Below, one piece after another: positions 10,893-20,819 of a stretch of DNA of 64,000 nt (position 1 is its first letter; every line of letters begins with the position of its first letter). The stretch is from Armatimonadota bacterium. Lineage in GTDB: Bacteria > Armatimonadota > UBA5829 > DSUL01. The stretch is taken from NCBI GenBank assembly GCA_039811685.1, contig JBDHZC010000004.1, forward strand, positions 192,001 to 256,000, in the 5' to 3' direction. The translations under genes and the position numbers were made by a program. Below the pieces are notes generated by a model. It was not told the DNA's origin. It did not search any database and saw only the letters and a list, made by a program, of their open reading frames with translations.

Positions 10893-12068
10893 CTACGGTG
10901 CGGACGCACTGGAAGAAGTCTGCAGCTCGGAAGACCAGTAGGTGTTGCTGAAGATGGCATTCAGGGTGTCCAGACTGTCGTTCTGCGGTTTGTGCTTTTC
11001 CACTCCGGTTCGGCTGATGTCCCCGACGAAAGCAATCTGCGTTGTGGTGCCAGTGTGATCGCTCGGTAGTTCTGTATCCACCCGCACCGTGATATTGTCA
11101 ACGTTCCTGTCGGCCATCAGCGCTCCTCCCGCAACTCCCAGAGCGCTTTCCAGAATGGCTTTTCTGGTCTGCGAGGGCTGCACGTGAACCGTTACAAATA
11201 CGCGGTTGTCGCGCGGGTCGGCGACAACACTGCGAAGCGCGGCTTTGCCGCCCTGAAAGACGTCGGCTCTCTGCAGATTTCGGGCGAACTGCTGTTCAAC
11301 AGGCCTCGGGGCCACAACTGTTCCTGGCGCTGAGGGCTCAATGACAGAGCCTGTCGCGGAGCCAACAACCTGCGGAGCGGAAGTGCGGCCCTGGGGCACC
11401 GGGCTGGCCTGTGTGACAGAGCTTGATGGAACTTGCGGCGCTTCGCGCGCAGCACTGGCCGGTTGAGTCGCCGCCCCCTGTCTGAGTGGCTCCGTGGGGA
11501 GCCTGCGGTCGCGAGATCGGCTGACCATTGCGGCCAGCACAATGAGCGCAAACAGACAGACACCAGCTATCAGGACAATGTTTCTCACAGTTCCGTAACC
11601 TGCGCTCTGAACAAAGGAGTCGAGCTTCCCCTGTGGATCAGGATTGGCGGCCACCGCTGCGCCTGCTGCGGAGGTCTGGACACGTATGCTCTGCGCTTTT
11701 TGGAGCATCTCGGCACGCTCAGCCTTGCTCTTTACGCTCACGTTCTGTGGCTCAATGTCCAGCGCCATCTGGTACCATACGGCCGCATCCTTGTAGCGGT
11801 CCTGGTTCATAAAGATATCGCCCATTAGAGCGTGCGCGCCCGCATCCTCGGGAGCGATGGCCAGCGCGTCCCTGCAGACTTCCTCGGCTTCAGTGAACTG
11901 CCGCCTGGTGCGCAGCAGGTTTGCGGACACGAGCAGGGCTGTCAGGTCATGGTCCTGCGGCTCCGTGTTTCCCATTGCGGGCGCAACGGCGCCGCAATGC
12001 GGACAGAACTTCGCGGCCGGATCCACCTGTGCGCCGCATGAAGCACAGCGTACCGTTGCTGAACTCAT
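10893..12068 (-). CDS. zinc-ribbon + TPR single-pass membrane protein
   Basis: CASCG...FCPHCG ribbon; TPR-like helices (DAGAHALMGDIF..QDRY.DA); one TM; Pro/Ala/Ser linker; C-terminal external domain. Confidence 0.75.
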   Translation of the reverse strand: MSSATVRCASCGAQVDPAAKFCPHCGAVAPAMGNTEPQDHDLTALLVSANLLRTRRQFTEAEEVCRDALAIAPEDAGAHALMGDIFMNQDRYKDAAVWYQMALDIEPQNVSVKSKAERAEMLQKAQSIRVQTSAAGAAVAANPDPQGKLDSFVQSAGYGTVRNIVLIAGVCLFALIVLAAMVSRSRDRRLPTEPLRQGAATQPASAAREAPQVPSSSVTQASPVPQGRTSAPQVVGSATGSVIEPSAPGTVVAPRPVEQQFARNLQRADVFQGGKAALRSVVADPRDNRVFVTVHVQPSQTRKAILESALGVAGGALMADRNVDNITVRVDTELPSDHTGTTTQIAFVGDISRTGVEKHKPQNDSLDTLNAIFSNTYWSSELQTSSSASAP

Positions 12069-12070
12069 TC

Positions 12071-12526
12071 TTAGACTCCCGTGTGGCCGAAGCCGCCCTC
12101 ACTCCTGCACGAACTTGACAACTCTACAGTCTCTTCTATAACCGCCTGTGTTACGGGTGCGATCACGAGTTGAGCTATCCGGTCACCGCGCTGAATGTCA
12201 AAGGGCTCTTTGCCAAGATTGATGACAATTATTTTGACTTCGCCCCGGTAGTCCGCGTCAATCGTTCCCGGTGTATTGACCAGCGAGATACCGTGCCGCA
12301 GCGCCAATCCACTGCGCGGGCGCACCTGGCCTTCAAAGCCCGGAGGAATCTCAAATCTAAAGCCTGTTGGCACCAGCGCTCTCTCACCGGGTAGAAGCGT
12401 CAGGACATGTTCAACCGCAGCTGCCAGGTCCATCCCACTCGACAGCTCCGTAGCGTAGGCGGGAAGCGGCAGGTCCGCCGCACCCTCCATTCTGGTAACC
12501 TGGATTGTCACGCGCGCCATATTCAT
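12071..12526 (-). CDS. dut: dUTP diphosphatase
   Basis: [29 protein letters not shown] and [10 protein letters not shown] motifs. Confidence 0.97.
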   Translation of the reverse strand: MNMARVTIQVTRMEGAADLPLPAYATELSSGMDLAAAVEHVLTLLPGERALVPTGFRFEIPPGFEGQVRPRSGLALRHGISLVNTPGTIDADYRGEVKIIVINLGKEPFDIQRGDRIAQLVIAPVTQAVIEETVELSSSCRSEGGFGHTGV

Positions 12527-12587
12527 CTCTGCTAACTTATACACCAGTTACCAGCCAGCGCGCATGTTGGTCCCGATTGTGCCAGGA

Positions 12588-14327
12588 CTAGCTTGTCGCC
12601 TCTTCCTGTTCAGAAGCAAACTGGGGCGGCACGAGGGGCAGCGTGAAGATGAACTTTGACCCCTTCCCAACTTCGCTCTCGATCCAAATCTGCCCTCCAT
12701 GCGCCTCAACCAGGTGCTTCACGAGGAAGAGTCCAATACCGGTGCCATAGATTTCCCGCGTATCCCGCGTGTCAACACGGTGGAATCGATCGAAGACTTT
12801 GGCCATGTGTTCTTTCGGAATGCCAATGCCCTGGTCTTCTACGCCGATCTGGACCATGCCATCCAACTGCTGACCCCGGATTGTCACCGTCCCACCGTCC
12901 GGCGAGTATTTGATCGCGTTGTTAGTCAGGTTGGTCAATATCTGGTCCACCTTATCTTCATCCGCCACGATAGTGGGAAGGCCTTCTATGCCCGCCATAA
13001 CTAGCTCGTGGTTGTGAGCGTAGGAACGCTGGGCGTTGACAACCTTTTCGACAAGTGAAGGAAGCTCGACAGGCTTCGGGTTGAGGTCCAGCGCACGCCC
13101 TGCTTCAATGCGCGAAACGTTTAGCAGATCAGAGATCAGTCGCGTCAGGCGATCGCATTCCTGATCGATAATCTCCAGAAACTCTCGCGTCGTGGCCTGG
13201 TCGTAGTAGCCTTCTGTGTCTGCCAGGAGTGTCGATACAAAGCCTTTTATAGATGTCAGCGGAGTCCTGAGCTCGTGTGAGACAGTGGAGACAAACGCAG
13301 TCTTCATACGCTCAACGCCGCGAATCTCAGTAATATCGTTGAAAATCGCGACTGCCCCAATAGTGGAGCCATCTTCGGAGCGCACAGGCGTGCTCTGCGC
13401 CTGGAAGACGCGCGGCTCTTCGCCCGGAGGTCCCGGCAGGTCTATTTCTCCCGCCGTGTCCTGTCCTTCCTTCAGGGACGTCAGCAGCATTTCCTTGATG
13501 CTGTCAATCTTGATCGCGTTCTCAAAGCTCTCTTTGGCCAGCTCGGATTTCTCCAGCCCCAGCATGTGTTTTGCGGACTGGTTGATCTGTGTGATGCGTC
13601 CATTTGCGCTGACCATAATCAGTCCCGCGTAAACGCTCTCAATGATCTGCTCGAGCTCTTCCTTCTCTTCGACAACCTCGCGGTAGAGCTGGGCGCTGGC
13701 AACAACGGCGGCGGCGTTCTTGGCCATCAGCTCCAGCAGCTTGACGTCCTCTTCGATAAACACATTGCCATAGCGCTTATTGAAGACGTGCAGCACGCCG
13801 ATGGTCGTGGTATCAATGACCCTGTTCTCAGCGTCCCGTTTCTCGACGACGAGCGGGACGCACACTCCGTTTCGCACATTCAGAAGCGCAACATTCTCTT
13901 TGAGAGTGCGCGGGTCGTTGACGGCATCGTAGAGAATCTCCGGCTTGCTTTCGCGGAAGACCTGTCCGGAGATACCAGTAGTCGCCCGCACGCGGAAGCG
14001 CTTGAGCTCCTCATCCGTGAGCCCGAGCGCCGGTTTCGTTGCCACAAGTTCGCCGGATTCCTTGTCAAACAGCATGAACACGCACTTTTCAGCCTGAAGC
14101 ATCATTGAGATGCGGCTGTTCATGCGGTTGAGGATCTCTTCAAGCTCGGTAATTGGAGCTGACGCTTCGGAAGCTTCGGAGACGCTGCGGACTTTTGCCT
14201 CAAGTTCCTTGTTTGCGTCTTCGAGGATCTTTATATATCCTCGCTTCTTCTCAAGCTCCTCTGTGAGCAGGCGAATCTGCTCCTGGGCGTCAATGGTGGT
14301 GGTATGTGGTGTGTTTTCTACGCTCAA
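12588..14327 (-). CDS. cytoplasmic sensor histidine kinase (coiled coil-GAF-PAS-HisKA-HATPase)
   Basis: H-box [22 protein letters not shown] and GTGIGL; GAF motif [14 protein letters not shown]; no TM segment. Confidence 0.93.
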   Translation of the reverse strand: MSVENTPHTTTIDAQEQIRLLTEELEKKRGYIKILEDANKELEAKVRSVSEASEASAPITELEEILNRMNSRISMMLQAEKCVFMLFDKESGELVATKPALGLTDEELKRFRVRATTGISGQVFRESKPEILYDAVNDPRTLKENVALLNVRNGVCVPLVVEKRDAENRVIDTTTIGVLHVFNKRYGNVFIEEDVKLLELMAKNAAAVVASAQLYREVVEEKEELEQIIESVYAGLIMVSANGRITQINQSAKHMLGLEKSELAKESFENAIKIDSIKEMLLTSLKEGQDTAGEIDLPGPPGEEPRVFQAQSTPVRSEDGSTIGAVAIFNDITEIRGVERMKTAFVSTVSHELRTPLTSIKGFVSTLLADTEGYYDQATTREFLEIIDQECDRLTRLISDLLNVSRIEAGRALDLNPKPVELPSLVEKVVNAQRSYAHNHELVMAGIEGLPTIVADEDKVDQILTNLTNNAIKYSPDGGTVTIRGQQLDGMVQIGVEDQGIGIPKEHMAKVFDRFHRVDTRDTREIYGTGIGLFLVKHLVEAHGGQIWIESEVGKGSKFIFTLPLVPPQFASEQEEATS

Positions 14328-14406
14328 ATTTCAGGCTCCAGCGCCCGGCCCATCCACGGGTCCCGGCGTGCGCGGGTACAACTTCCCTGCGCTCATCAGG
14401 TGTTGT

Positions 14407-14637
14407 CTACGCGTTCCCCAGCTTGTGAGCGGCCGACTTGCGCTCGATACAGGTGGGACGTCCATCTGTACTGCAGTCACGCTCTGCTGCTCTCACGCGT
14501 ACATTATTGGCAAATCTCATTGTGAACTGACTGCGAAAGGACGGCTTGCCAAGTTGGGCCGCCTCTGGCCAGTTTTCAAATACTGTTTGATAGACGCGGC
14601 CAGGTGTGCGTGTGTTCAACTCCTTCTCATCACTCAT
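14407..14637 (-). CDS. possible small hypothetical protein (76 aa)
   Basis: AGAGGT Shine-Dalgarno 7 nt upstream of ATG (MSDEKELN...); fills the gap upstream of the kinase; no recognisable domain. Confidence 0.35.
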   Translation of the reverse strand: MSDEKELNTRTPGRVYQTVFENWPEAAQLGKPSFRSQFTMRFANNVRVRAAERDCSTDGRPTCIERKSAAHKLGNA

Positions 14638-14708
14638 TATTTTGACCTCTTTCACTCTGTAATGACTACCTGAAAGTCACTCCAGCAATCGTGCCCGGCA
14701 TTAGCGCC

Positions 14709-14738
14709 TTGTGCAAGCATGCAGGGGAGTGATATGAT
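14709..14738 (+). promoter_or_regulatory. putative promoter for the small basic ORF
   Basis: TTGTGC-18 bp-TATGAT with extended -10 TG. Confidence 0.45.
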
Positions 14739-14773
14739 AGGTGCCGTAGAGAAAACTTGAGAGGAGGCACTTG

Positions 14774-14923
14774 ATGTTACTTCGCCAGAAAGAACTGCGC
14801 CGTCGCCGCAAACGCGCCCTGGAGCGCTACAAAGCTCGAGCGCGACAGCAGAGTCCAGAGCAACCCAAGCCCACCGCTAAGAGTAGATCGACAAAGCGGA
14901 CGAAAGATCAGAGTAGCGCCTGA
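14774..14923 (+). CDS. small highly basic protein (49 aa), not in ORF track
   Basis: GAGGAGG SD, then MLLRQKELRRRRKRALERYKARARQQSPEQPKPTAKSRSTKRTKDQSSA*; candidate promoter directly upstream. Confidence 0.7.
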   Translation: MLLRQKELRRRRKRALERYKARARQQSPEQPKPTAKSRSTKRTKDQSSA

Positions 14924-14962
14924 CCGAGCATAGATGGATCGCTGCGGCGATTCCAGTTCCGG

Positions 14963-15172
14963 TCAGATCTGTCGAGGCTCCTCTGTGGAGCCTCCTTTTT
15001 CCTGTTGGCTGCCGGAAGCGTCTTGCTCGGGAGTCAGAGTCCTCGCCTTACATACGCCGCCGCAACTGATACACCTGGGCCCCTCGTATTCCAGGCACTG
15101 CATAAGGCCGCAGTCACGGCAGACGACGGGAGTGATCACGGAATGCCAGCAGATAGGGCAGGCTACTTGCAA
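14963..15172 (-). CDS. small Cys-rich putative metal-binding protein
   Basis: AAAGGA SD before TTG; CPIC, CRDC and CISC motifs plus two extra Cys. Confidence 0.5.
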   Translation of the reverse strand: MQVACPICWHSVITPVVCRDCGLMQCLEYEGPRCISCGGVCKARTLTPEQDASGSQQEKGGSTEEPRQI

Positions 15173-15251
15173 GACAGGATATCCTTTTAGTCGTAGAGTA
15201 CTGGAGGCATATTACCGCAAGCTGTACAGGCCGCGCAACCGTCGCCAGCCT

Positions 15252-15920
15252 CTAGGCAGGCGAGGTCTCTGAGGAATCCTCAGCATGGGTGAACGCTCGT
15301 AACGGTGCTTCCCGTGGCACGCTTACGCGCAGAACCAGCACGCTGAGCGCCAGACCCGCTAAGCGCCACACGACATGTCCCCACGAAATCTTGTCCGCGT
15401 CCGCAGAGGCAGTGCTGAGCGTGAAGCATCCGCAGTCAATATCCAGTCCACGCATCAGTGCGCTTGCCATGGCGATGGAGAACGTCAGATAGAGAATGGC
15501 GCTCACCAGCGCCGCTCCTCGCGTTACCAGCCCGAGAATGAGAAGTACGCCAGTTACAAACTCCACCCAGACCAGCGAGATCGTGAAGACGTTCACCAGA
15601 GCTCTTGGAAGAAGGCGGTAGTTTTCTACCTTGTTGGCAAAGGGCTGCGGGTCAAAGAGCTTGTTGTAGCTGGCGTAGATGAAAATCACGCCAAGCATCA
15701 AGCGCAGGGCGAACACGACGGCCTTCCTGCCAGCCAGCGCCGCACCCAACAGCACTGCGATCAGCAGCGCGAGCTGGAAAGGTTTGGAGAGATAGGCGCC
15801 TATCCTGTCTGACCCTCCCGCGAGTCCTCCGGATTGCCATTCTAGCGCCACGCGAATCGCCAGCGCTGCCAAAGCCACGGCCATCACCGCACAACCGGCT
15901 CTCGCGCGACCTGCGCTCAA
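15252..15920 (-). CDS. MauE/DoxX-family membrane protein
   Basis: RLMLGVIFIYASYNK and GLDIDCGCF motifs; TM helices. Confidence 0.85.
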   Translation of the reverse strand: MSAGRARAGCAVMAVALAALAIRVALEWQSGGLAGGSDRIGAYLSKPFQLALLIAVLLGAALAGRKAVVFALRLMLGVIFIYASYNKLFDPQPFANKVENYRLLPRALVNVFTISLVWVEFVTGVLLILGLVTRGAALVSAILYLTFSIAMASALMRGLDIDCGCFTLSTASADADKISWGHVVWRLAGLALSVLVLRVSVPREAPLRAFTHAEDSSETSPA

Positions 15921-16390
15921 GGCGCGGCTCCCTCAGACACTGGCATGCTTCGCTCGTTCACCCAACTGTTATAACCATCTCTGTAGTAGGTTACGTGCTT
16001 CCAGCCGTGTTGCAGGAGGTAGCCGCTGACCTTTTTTGACAGATCACAGCTCTCTGACTCGTCACAGTAGACGATGACAGGCTGATCCTTTGGGATGCGC
16101 TTCTCGATGGACGGCAAATACTTCTCACGCTCCTCCCACGGCAGAAGAAGCGCTCCCTGAATATGCCCCGTTTCATATTCGACTCTGGGTCGCGCATCCA
16201 CAAACACAGCCTTGTGTTCGTCAAAGGCCGCGGCGGCCTCTTCGAACGCAATCGCTTTGGCCGCTTTGGGGAGTGGAGGAGTCACCAGAGGGATGCCCTT
16301 AGGAGCCGCAGCGTTGGCGATTAACCCCACCGCTGAGGCCCCCAGAACAATGAGAATCGCAGAACCGAAGACTGAGCCAGCACGGCGCAT
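15917..16390 (-). CDS. rhodanese-like domain protein with N-terminal TM
   Basis: FVDARP..EY..GHI.GA, IVYCD and DGYNSW motifs. Confidence 0.88.
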   Translation of the reverse strand: MRRAGSVFGSAILIVLGASAVGLIANAAAPKGIPLVTPPLPKAAKAIAFEEAAAAFDEHKAVFVDARPRVEYETGHIQGALLLPWEEREKYLPSIEKRIPKDQPVIVYCDESESCDLSKKVSGYLLQHGWKHVTYYRDGYNSWVNERSMPVSEGAAP

Positions 16391-16475
16391 CAGACTACCT
16401 CAGCTTTCGCGACACAGCTTCGTGGTCGTGCATCGAGTCGAAATGACCTGAATCTCCTGTCACGCCGGAGAGATT

Positions 16476-17180
16476 CTAGCTAGACGCCAGCGTGCCGGTG
16501 ACCGTCTGCACGACAGGAGCGCCGTTGGCCTCGTTGGAGCGAATCAATATGCTTTCATAGACGCGGCCGGAGTTCGTGCCGTTGTTCTTTACGGTCACTT
16601 TGATTTCCCACGCGCCCTTCTCCGAGCCGTGTTTCACCGGCTTACCGAGAGTAATGAAGTTGGCCTGAGTCTCGGCGCTGGTAACCCAGATTTTGGCCGG
16701 ATTGCTGGATTTGACAATTATCGTCTGCTGAAAGGTCTTGCCTGGTTTGAGGGTTCCGAAGTTCACGCGCTGGGGGAATACATCGAGCGGCGGCTGGATC
16801 AGGCCCGCTGCCGTAAGCGAAACAGTGCCGTTCTGTGGATCATTTGTCTCCACTGTGATGCTCTTCATCACTTTGCCGCGGTAGCCAGCGGAGTTGAATA
16901 CGGCTGTGATCTTGGCAGACTTGCCCGGCGCTATTGTTTTTGTGGATGCCTGTGCGTTGGTGCACCCGCAAGAGGTGCGAACGTTGTTGATTGTCAGAGT
17001 CTGATCGCCTGTGTTCTTGAAGTCCCAGACGAGATTCACTTTGGCGCCCTGAGGCTCTTTTCCCCAGTCGTACTTCGTGTTTGAGAAAGCAATCTTGGGG
17101 GCGGCTGAAGCCATGGAGGCGCTTAGAGCCACCACAACGGCAAATGCAGCCACAAGACCACTGTATCTGTGCATTCTCAT
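16476..17180 (-). CDS. DUF1573-type secreted Ig-like protein
   Basis: Signal peptide; FKNTGDQTLTINNVRTSCGCT; IAPGKSAKI; K.I.V.TNDP. Confidence 0.85.
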   Translation of the reverse strand: MRMHRYSGLVAAFAVVVALSASMASAAPKIAFSNTKYDWGKEPQGAKVNLVWDFKNTGDQTLTINNVRTSCGCTNAQASTKTIAPGKSAKITAVFNSAGYRGKVMKSITVETNDPQNGTVSLTAAGLIQPPLDVFPQRVNFGTLKPGKTFQQTIIVKSSNPAKIWVTSAETQANFITLGKPVKHGSEKGAWEIKVTVKNNGTNSGRVYESILIRSNEANGAPVVQTVTGTLASS

Positions 17181-17374
17181 CTAATCTTATCTCCTGTAGT
17201 TCACATACGCGCCTGACAGAGTTCTCTGCGCAAAATGTAGTCAACCGGGCGCGCGCAATGCTATCCTATATACGCACAAAGAACCGGAATCTCTCCCTCC
17301 GGCCGAAAATGCCCGTATTTCTATCAGGCTAGCACAGGCTCAGTTGCCTCGTCAATGCATCAAGCCTGACAAGA

Positions 17375-17403
17375 TTGACAGGCTATCTTCCGGGGATTAT
17401 ACT
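17375..17403 (+). promoter_or_regulatory. sigma70 promoter
   Basis: TTGACA-17 bp-TATACT, about 240 nt upstream of the ABC ATPase start. Confidence 0.6.
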
Positions 17404-17641
17404 CCCCAAGCAAGGGATAGCAAGCCGCAGAACACCATCTGAACACGCTGATAGCGTCCGGTTGGTAGATGGCTTTCGGCGCTCGAGAACTTTGTTCCGT
17501 GTTTTCCCGTAAACCAATTGGGACTTCATCGTGCCCAGCGGTGCTGTTGAATCCCATATCACCGCCCGGAGCGTTCTGACAGGCGCATTGTTGCGCCAGA
17601 GGACAGCCGGGTGTGAGCACACTGAGGCGTTATACGATTCT

Positions 17642-18568
17642 ATGGAAAACGCGATTGAGATCCGCGATCTAACGAAGTCGTTTCACAATATGCTGACAAA
17701 AGAAGATGTTATCGCCGTTGATCATCTTACTCTGGATGTTCCCCCTGGTCAGATTTTTGGCTTCCTCGGCCCAAACGGCGCAGGCAAGACCACGACAATA
17801 AAGATGCTTCTCGGGCTGATTTTTCCGGACTCAGGCACCGCGCATATTTTTGGGCAGCCGGCCGGCGACATAGACGTCAAGAGGAAAATTTCTTACCTTC
17901 CGGAAAGCCCCTACTTTTACGAGCACCTGAGCGGCTACGAAGTGATGGACTTTTATGGACGTCTCTTCAACATCCCGGCCAAAGCGCGCAAGAAGCGCGT
18001 AGAAGAGCTACTGGAACAGGTTGGGCTGGGGGCGCAGATGCACAAACGGCTCCGGCACTACTCCAAAGGGATGCTGCAACGTGTGGGATTGGCTCAGGCG
18101 CTGATAAACGATCCGCAACTGCTGTTTCTCGATGAGCCCACGTCTGGCCTTGACCCGATAGCGCACCTGGACATCCGGGACCTCATCCTGCGGCTGCGAG
18201 AAGAGGGCAAGACCCTGTTTATCAGCTCTCACCAGCTTTCGGATGTTGAAATGGTCTGCGACCGCGTATCCATTCTCAATCACGGAAAGCTGCTCAGAGT
18301 TGACAATCTCAGTGCGCTGCTGGCAGGGGAGACAACTCAGGTCAGGGCGGCTAACATCACGGATGAAGTTTTCCAGGGCGTAAAAGAGATCGCGCCCGAA
18401 TCCATGGTGTCAGATGGCGCTCTCTCTGCGCGGATCGACCCAGAAAAGGTGGATGAGCTCGTTGACTACATCCGGCGAAGTGGAGGTTCAGTCGTCGCCG
18501 TGACGCCTGTCCAGCGGACTCTGGAAGACATATTTATCGAGACGGTACGGGGAGGGAATCTCTCTTGA
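17642..18568 (+). CDS. ABC-2-type transporter ATP-binding protein
   Basis: GPNGAGKTT, YSKGM signature, LLFLDEPTSGLD and SSHQL; start MENAIE. Confidence 0.93.
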   Translation: MENAIEIRDLTKSFHNMLTKEDVIAVDHLTLDVPPGQIFGFLGPNGAGKTTTIKMLLGLIFPDSGTAHIFGQPAGDIDVKRKISYLPESPYFYEHLSGYEVMDFYGRLFNIPAKARKKRVEELLEQVGLGAQMHKRLRHYSKGMLQRVGLAQALINDPQLLFLDEPTSGLDPIAHLDIRDLILRLREEGKTLFISSHQLSDVEMVCDRVSILNHGKLLRVDNLSALLAGETTQVRAANITDEVFQGVKEIAPESMVSDGALSARIDPEKVDELVDYIRRSGGSVVAVTPVQRTLEDIFIETVRGGNLS

Positions 18569-19413
18569 GCACGTGGATTATCGCTCTGAACACTTTTGGG
18601 GAGGCTATGCGCAAGAAGATTCTGAACGTCTTCCTGATCCTTGCGCTCGGGTCGGTCATCATCTCGCTCACGTTTACGTTTCTGACATTCCGCCAGCAGG
18701 TGGATATCCTGAAGAGCTTTGGCCTGGGAATGATTCAGTTCTGGGGGCTGTTCATCGCGATTATCATGGGCATTACGCTGATACCGCAGGACATGGATCA
18801 GCGCACGATCTATACCATTCTGTCCAAGCCCGTGAAGCGCTATGAATACATTGTAGGGCGCTTCCTGGGCGCCGCAATGACGCTCGGCGTCAATGTTTTG
18901 CTGATGGGGCTTGCGTTTCTCGTAGTGTTTCTCATCAAAGTGAACACGGGGGACGACAGCGCAATGGATGCCCTTGCCAATTACCACATTGGCGAGTTCT
19001 TCTCGCGCTTCCACTGGTCGGCTGAGATTCCGGGGCTGATCGGCGGCATACTGATGGTGTTTCTAAAGCTGCTCCTGCTGGCCGCCGTGGCGATCTTCTT
19101 TTCTGTGTTCATCAGTATGACTGTGAACTTCTTTCTGACGGCTGCGGTGTTCATTGTTGGCAGCATGTCCAGTGTCACGGAGTCCATGGCCAACAATCCG
19201 GAAACGTCGCCTCTGTTACGCGTTATCTACAAGGGTTTTCACCTTCTGGTTCCCAACTTCGGCAACTACGACATCCAAAATCCTCTCATCCATCCGGATG
19301 TTCCGCAGTCTGATATCGGCATGTATATGGTGAAAGCGGCCCTTTACGGGCTCGCGTACACGATCGTACTCATCGTTCTGGGCGTTCTGGTTTTTGAGCG
19401 GCGGGAGGTATGA
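18565..19413 (+). CDS. ABC-2-type permease
   Basis: Six TM helices; RTIYTILSKPVKRYEYIVGRFLG motif; coupled to the ATPase gene. Confidence 0.9.
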   Translation: MSTWIIALNTFGEAMRKKILNVFLILALGSVIISLTFTFLTFRQQVDILKSFGLGMIQFWGLFIAIIMGITLIPQDMDQRTIYTILSKPVKRYEYIVGRFLGAAMTLGVNVLLMGLAFLVVFLIKVNTGDDSAMDALANYHIGEFFSRFHWSAEIPGLIGGILMVFLKLLLLAAVAIFFSVFISMTVNFFLTAAVFIVGSMSSVTESMANNPETSPLLRVIYKGFHLLVPNFGNYDIQNPLIHPDVPQSDIGMYMVKAALYGLAYTIVLIVLGVLVFERREV

Positions 19414-20690
19414 TGGATACCGGTCGATCCAGGAGACAGGGGCTGATAGGGCTGGTTGTCGTGCTGCTTGTGTTCGTCGCCTATATGCAGTCTGTTCTGG
19501 ACCCCCAAAGACAGAAGTATCAGCCAGGAAAGGTGACACGGGTTGAAATTGGTACGGAGTTTATTGCCGCAACGCTGATCGGTCTGAAAGAGGTTGTCGC
19601 CGGACTATTGTGGGTGCGTGCGGACGAGTTCTTCCACACGGGCAACTATGAAGCCATTATTCCAATGGTGCGCATTATCACCTGGCTGGATCCTCATCAG
19701 CTCGATGTATACGACACAGGCGCGTGGCATCTTGCGTACAACTTCACGGATTCTCAAGAGCGATCGGACCGGCGCTATATACCGGCTGCCCGCGCGCTCC
19801 TCGAGGAGGGGATTCACAATAACCCGAACATCTTCGACCTCTACTTTTCGCTGGGATGGACGAATTTCCAGAAAATCCAGGACTACCCTGATGCTGTCAA
19901 GTGGTTCAGGTTAGCCAACACCAAGGGATCAATCGATCCAGCCACAGGTAAGATACGCCCGCCGAAGGCGCAGTTCAAAGATCGTCCGCAGTTTGTGGGA
20001 CACAGCCTTGCGCATGCGTACGAACGCGCGGGAGATATCGATCAGGCTATTGCACAGTGGAAGCAAAACATTCGCGACAATCAGGCTTATGCCAGACAAT
20101 ACCCGAAGGATCAGGGCAACAAGGCGATGATAGACGTCGCGAACAACAATTTACATGCGCTGGAGTTTGAGAAGAAGGTACGTGCAGAAATCAGGCCTGT
20201 GAAGAACGTGCACTTCGACGCCCATTTTCAGCGCCTTGGTCCGCGCAAGTTCAGAGTTTTTGGAACGCTCGACCTGCCAACCGGAGCCCGCGTCAGAGTA
20301 CGTTTGGCGGACAAAGATTTCCGCGAGCAACAGTTCAAGACCTTTACCTATGACATCAATGACAAGCAGACCATTCTGATTGACGATCTCTACGTTCGCG
20401 ACGGAAAGTTCGATCGGGTTATTGATATTCAGAGAGATGCTGCCATCTATCCTCTCAGGTCAAAAGATTATACTCTGACTCTGTCGTTCAACCCGCTTTC
20501 TGCACCGGATTTCGTGCAGGGTATGCCGGCGGAACAGAAGATTGACGGGGGTCGCAGAGGAGAAAAGCTGCAGTACGGCGCGGTAGGCTGGCACGGTGAG
20601 GGATTGGCTGACCAGAAGTATCTTGTGGTCAAAAACGGCGTTCGAATGCTGGAAAAGCAGATCCCTTTGACACGCGCCGACCTGGCCTGA
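19410..20690 (+). CDS. membrane-anchored TPR-like protein co-transcribed with the ABC exporter
   Basis: N-terminal TM; AGLLWVRADEFFH; ITWLDPH; TPR-like helices; ATGA overlap. Confidence 0.75.
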   Translation: MMDTGRSRRQGLIGLVVVLLVFVAYMQSVLDPQRQKYQPGKVTRVEIGTEFIAATLIGLKEVVAGLLWVRADEFFHTGNYEAIIPMVRIITWLDPHQLDVYDTGAWHLAYNFTDSQERSDRRYIPAARALLEEGIHNNPNIFDLYFSLGWTNFQKIQDYPDAVKWFRLANTKGSIDPATGKIRPPKAQFKDRPQFVGHSLAHAYERAGDIDQAIAQWKQNIRDNQAYARQYPKDQGNKAMIDVANNNLHALEFEKKVRAEIRPVKNVHFDAHFQRLGPRKFRVFGTLDLPTGARVRVRLADKDFREQQFKTFTYDINDKQTILIDDLYVRDGKFDRVIDIQRDAAIYPLRSKDYTLTLSFNPLSAPDFVQGMPAEQKIDGGRRGEKLQYGAVGWHGEGLADQKYLVVKNGVRMLEKQIPLTRADLA

Positions 20691-20819
20691 CTTCGACAGA
20701 ATGCTGCTCGGATCTCTCCACCGCTTGACGGACGGTGTTTGCGTCAGTATTATGGTGTGCGCCTGTCCGCTCTCAGCCCGGTGCAGCTTCACAATATCTT
20801 GTTTCGGAGCAACTGATTA

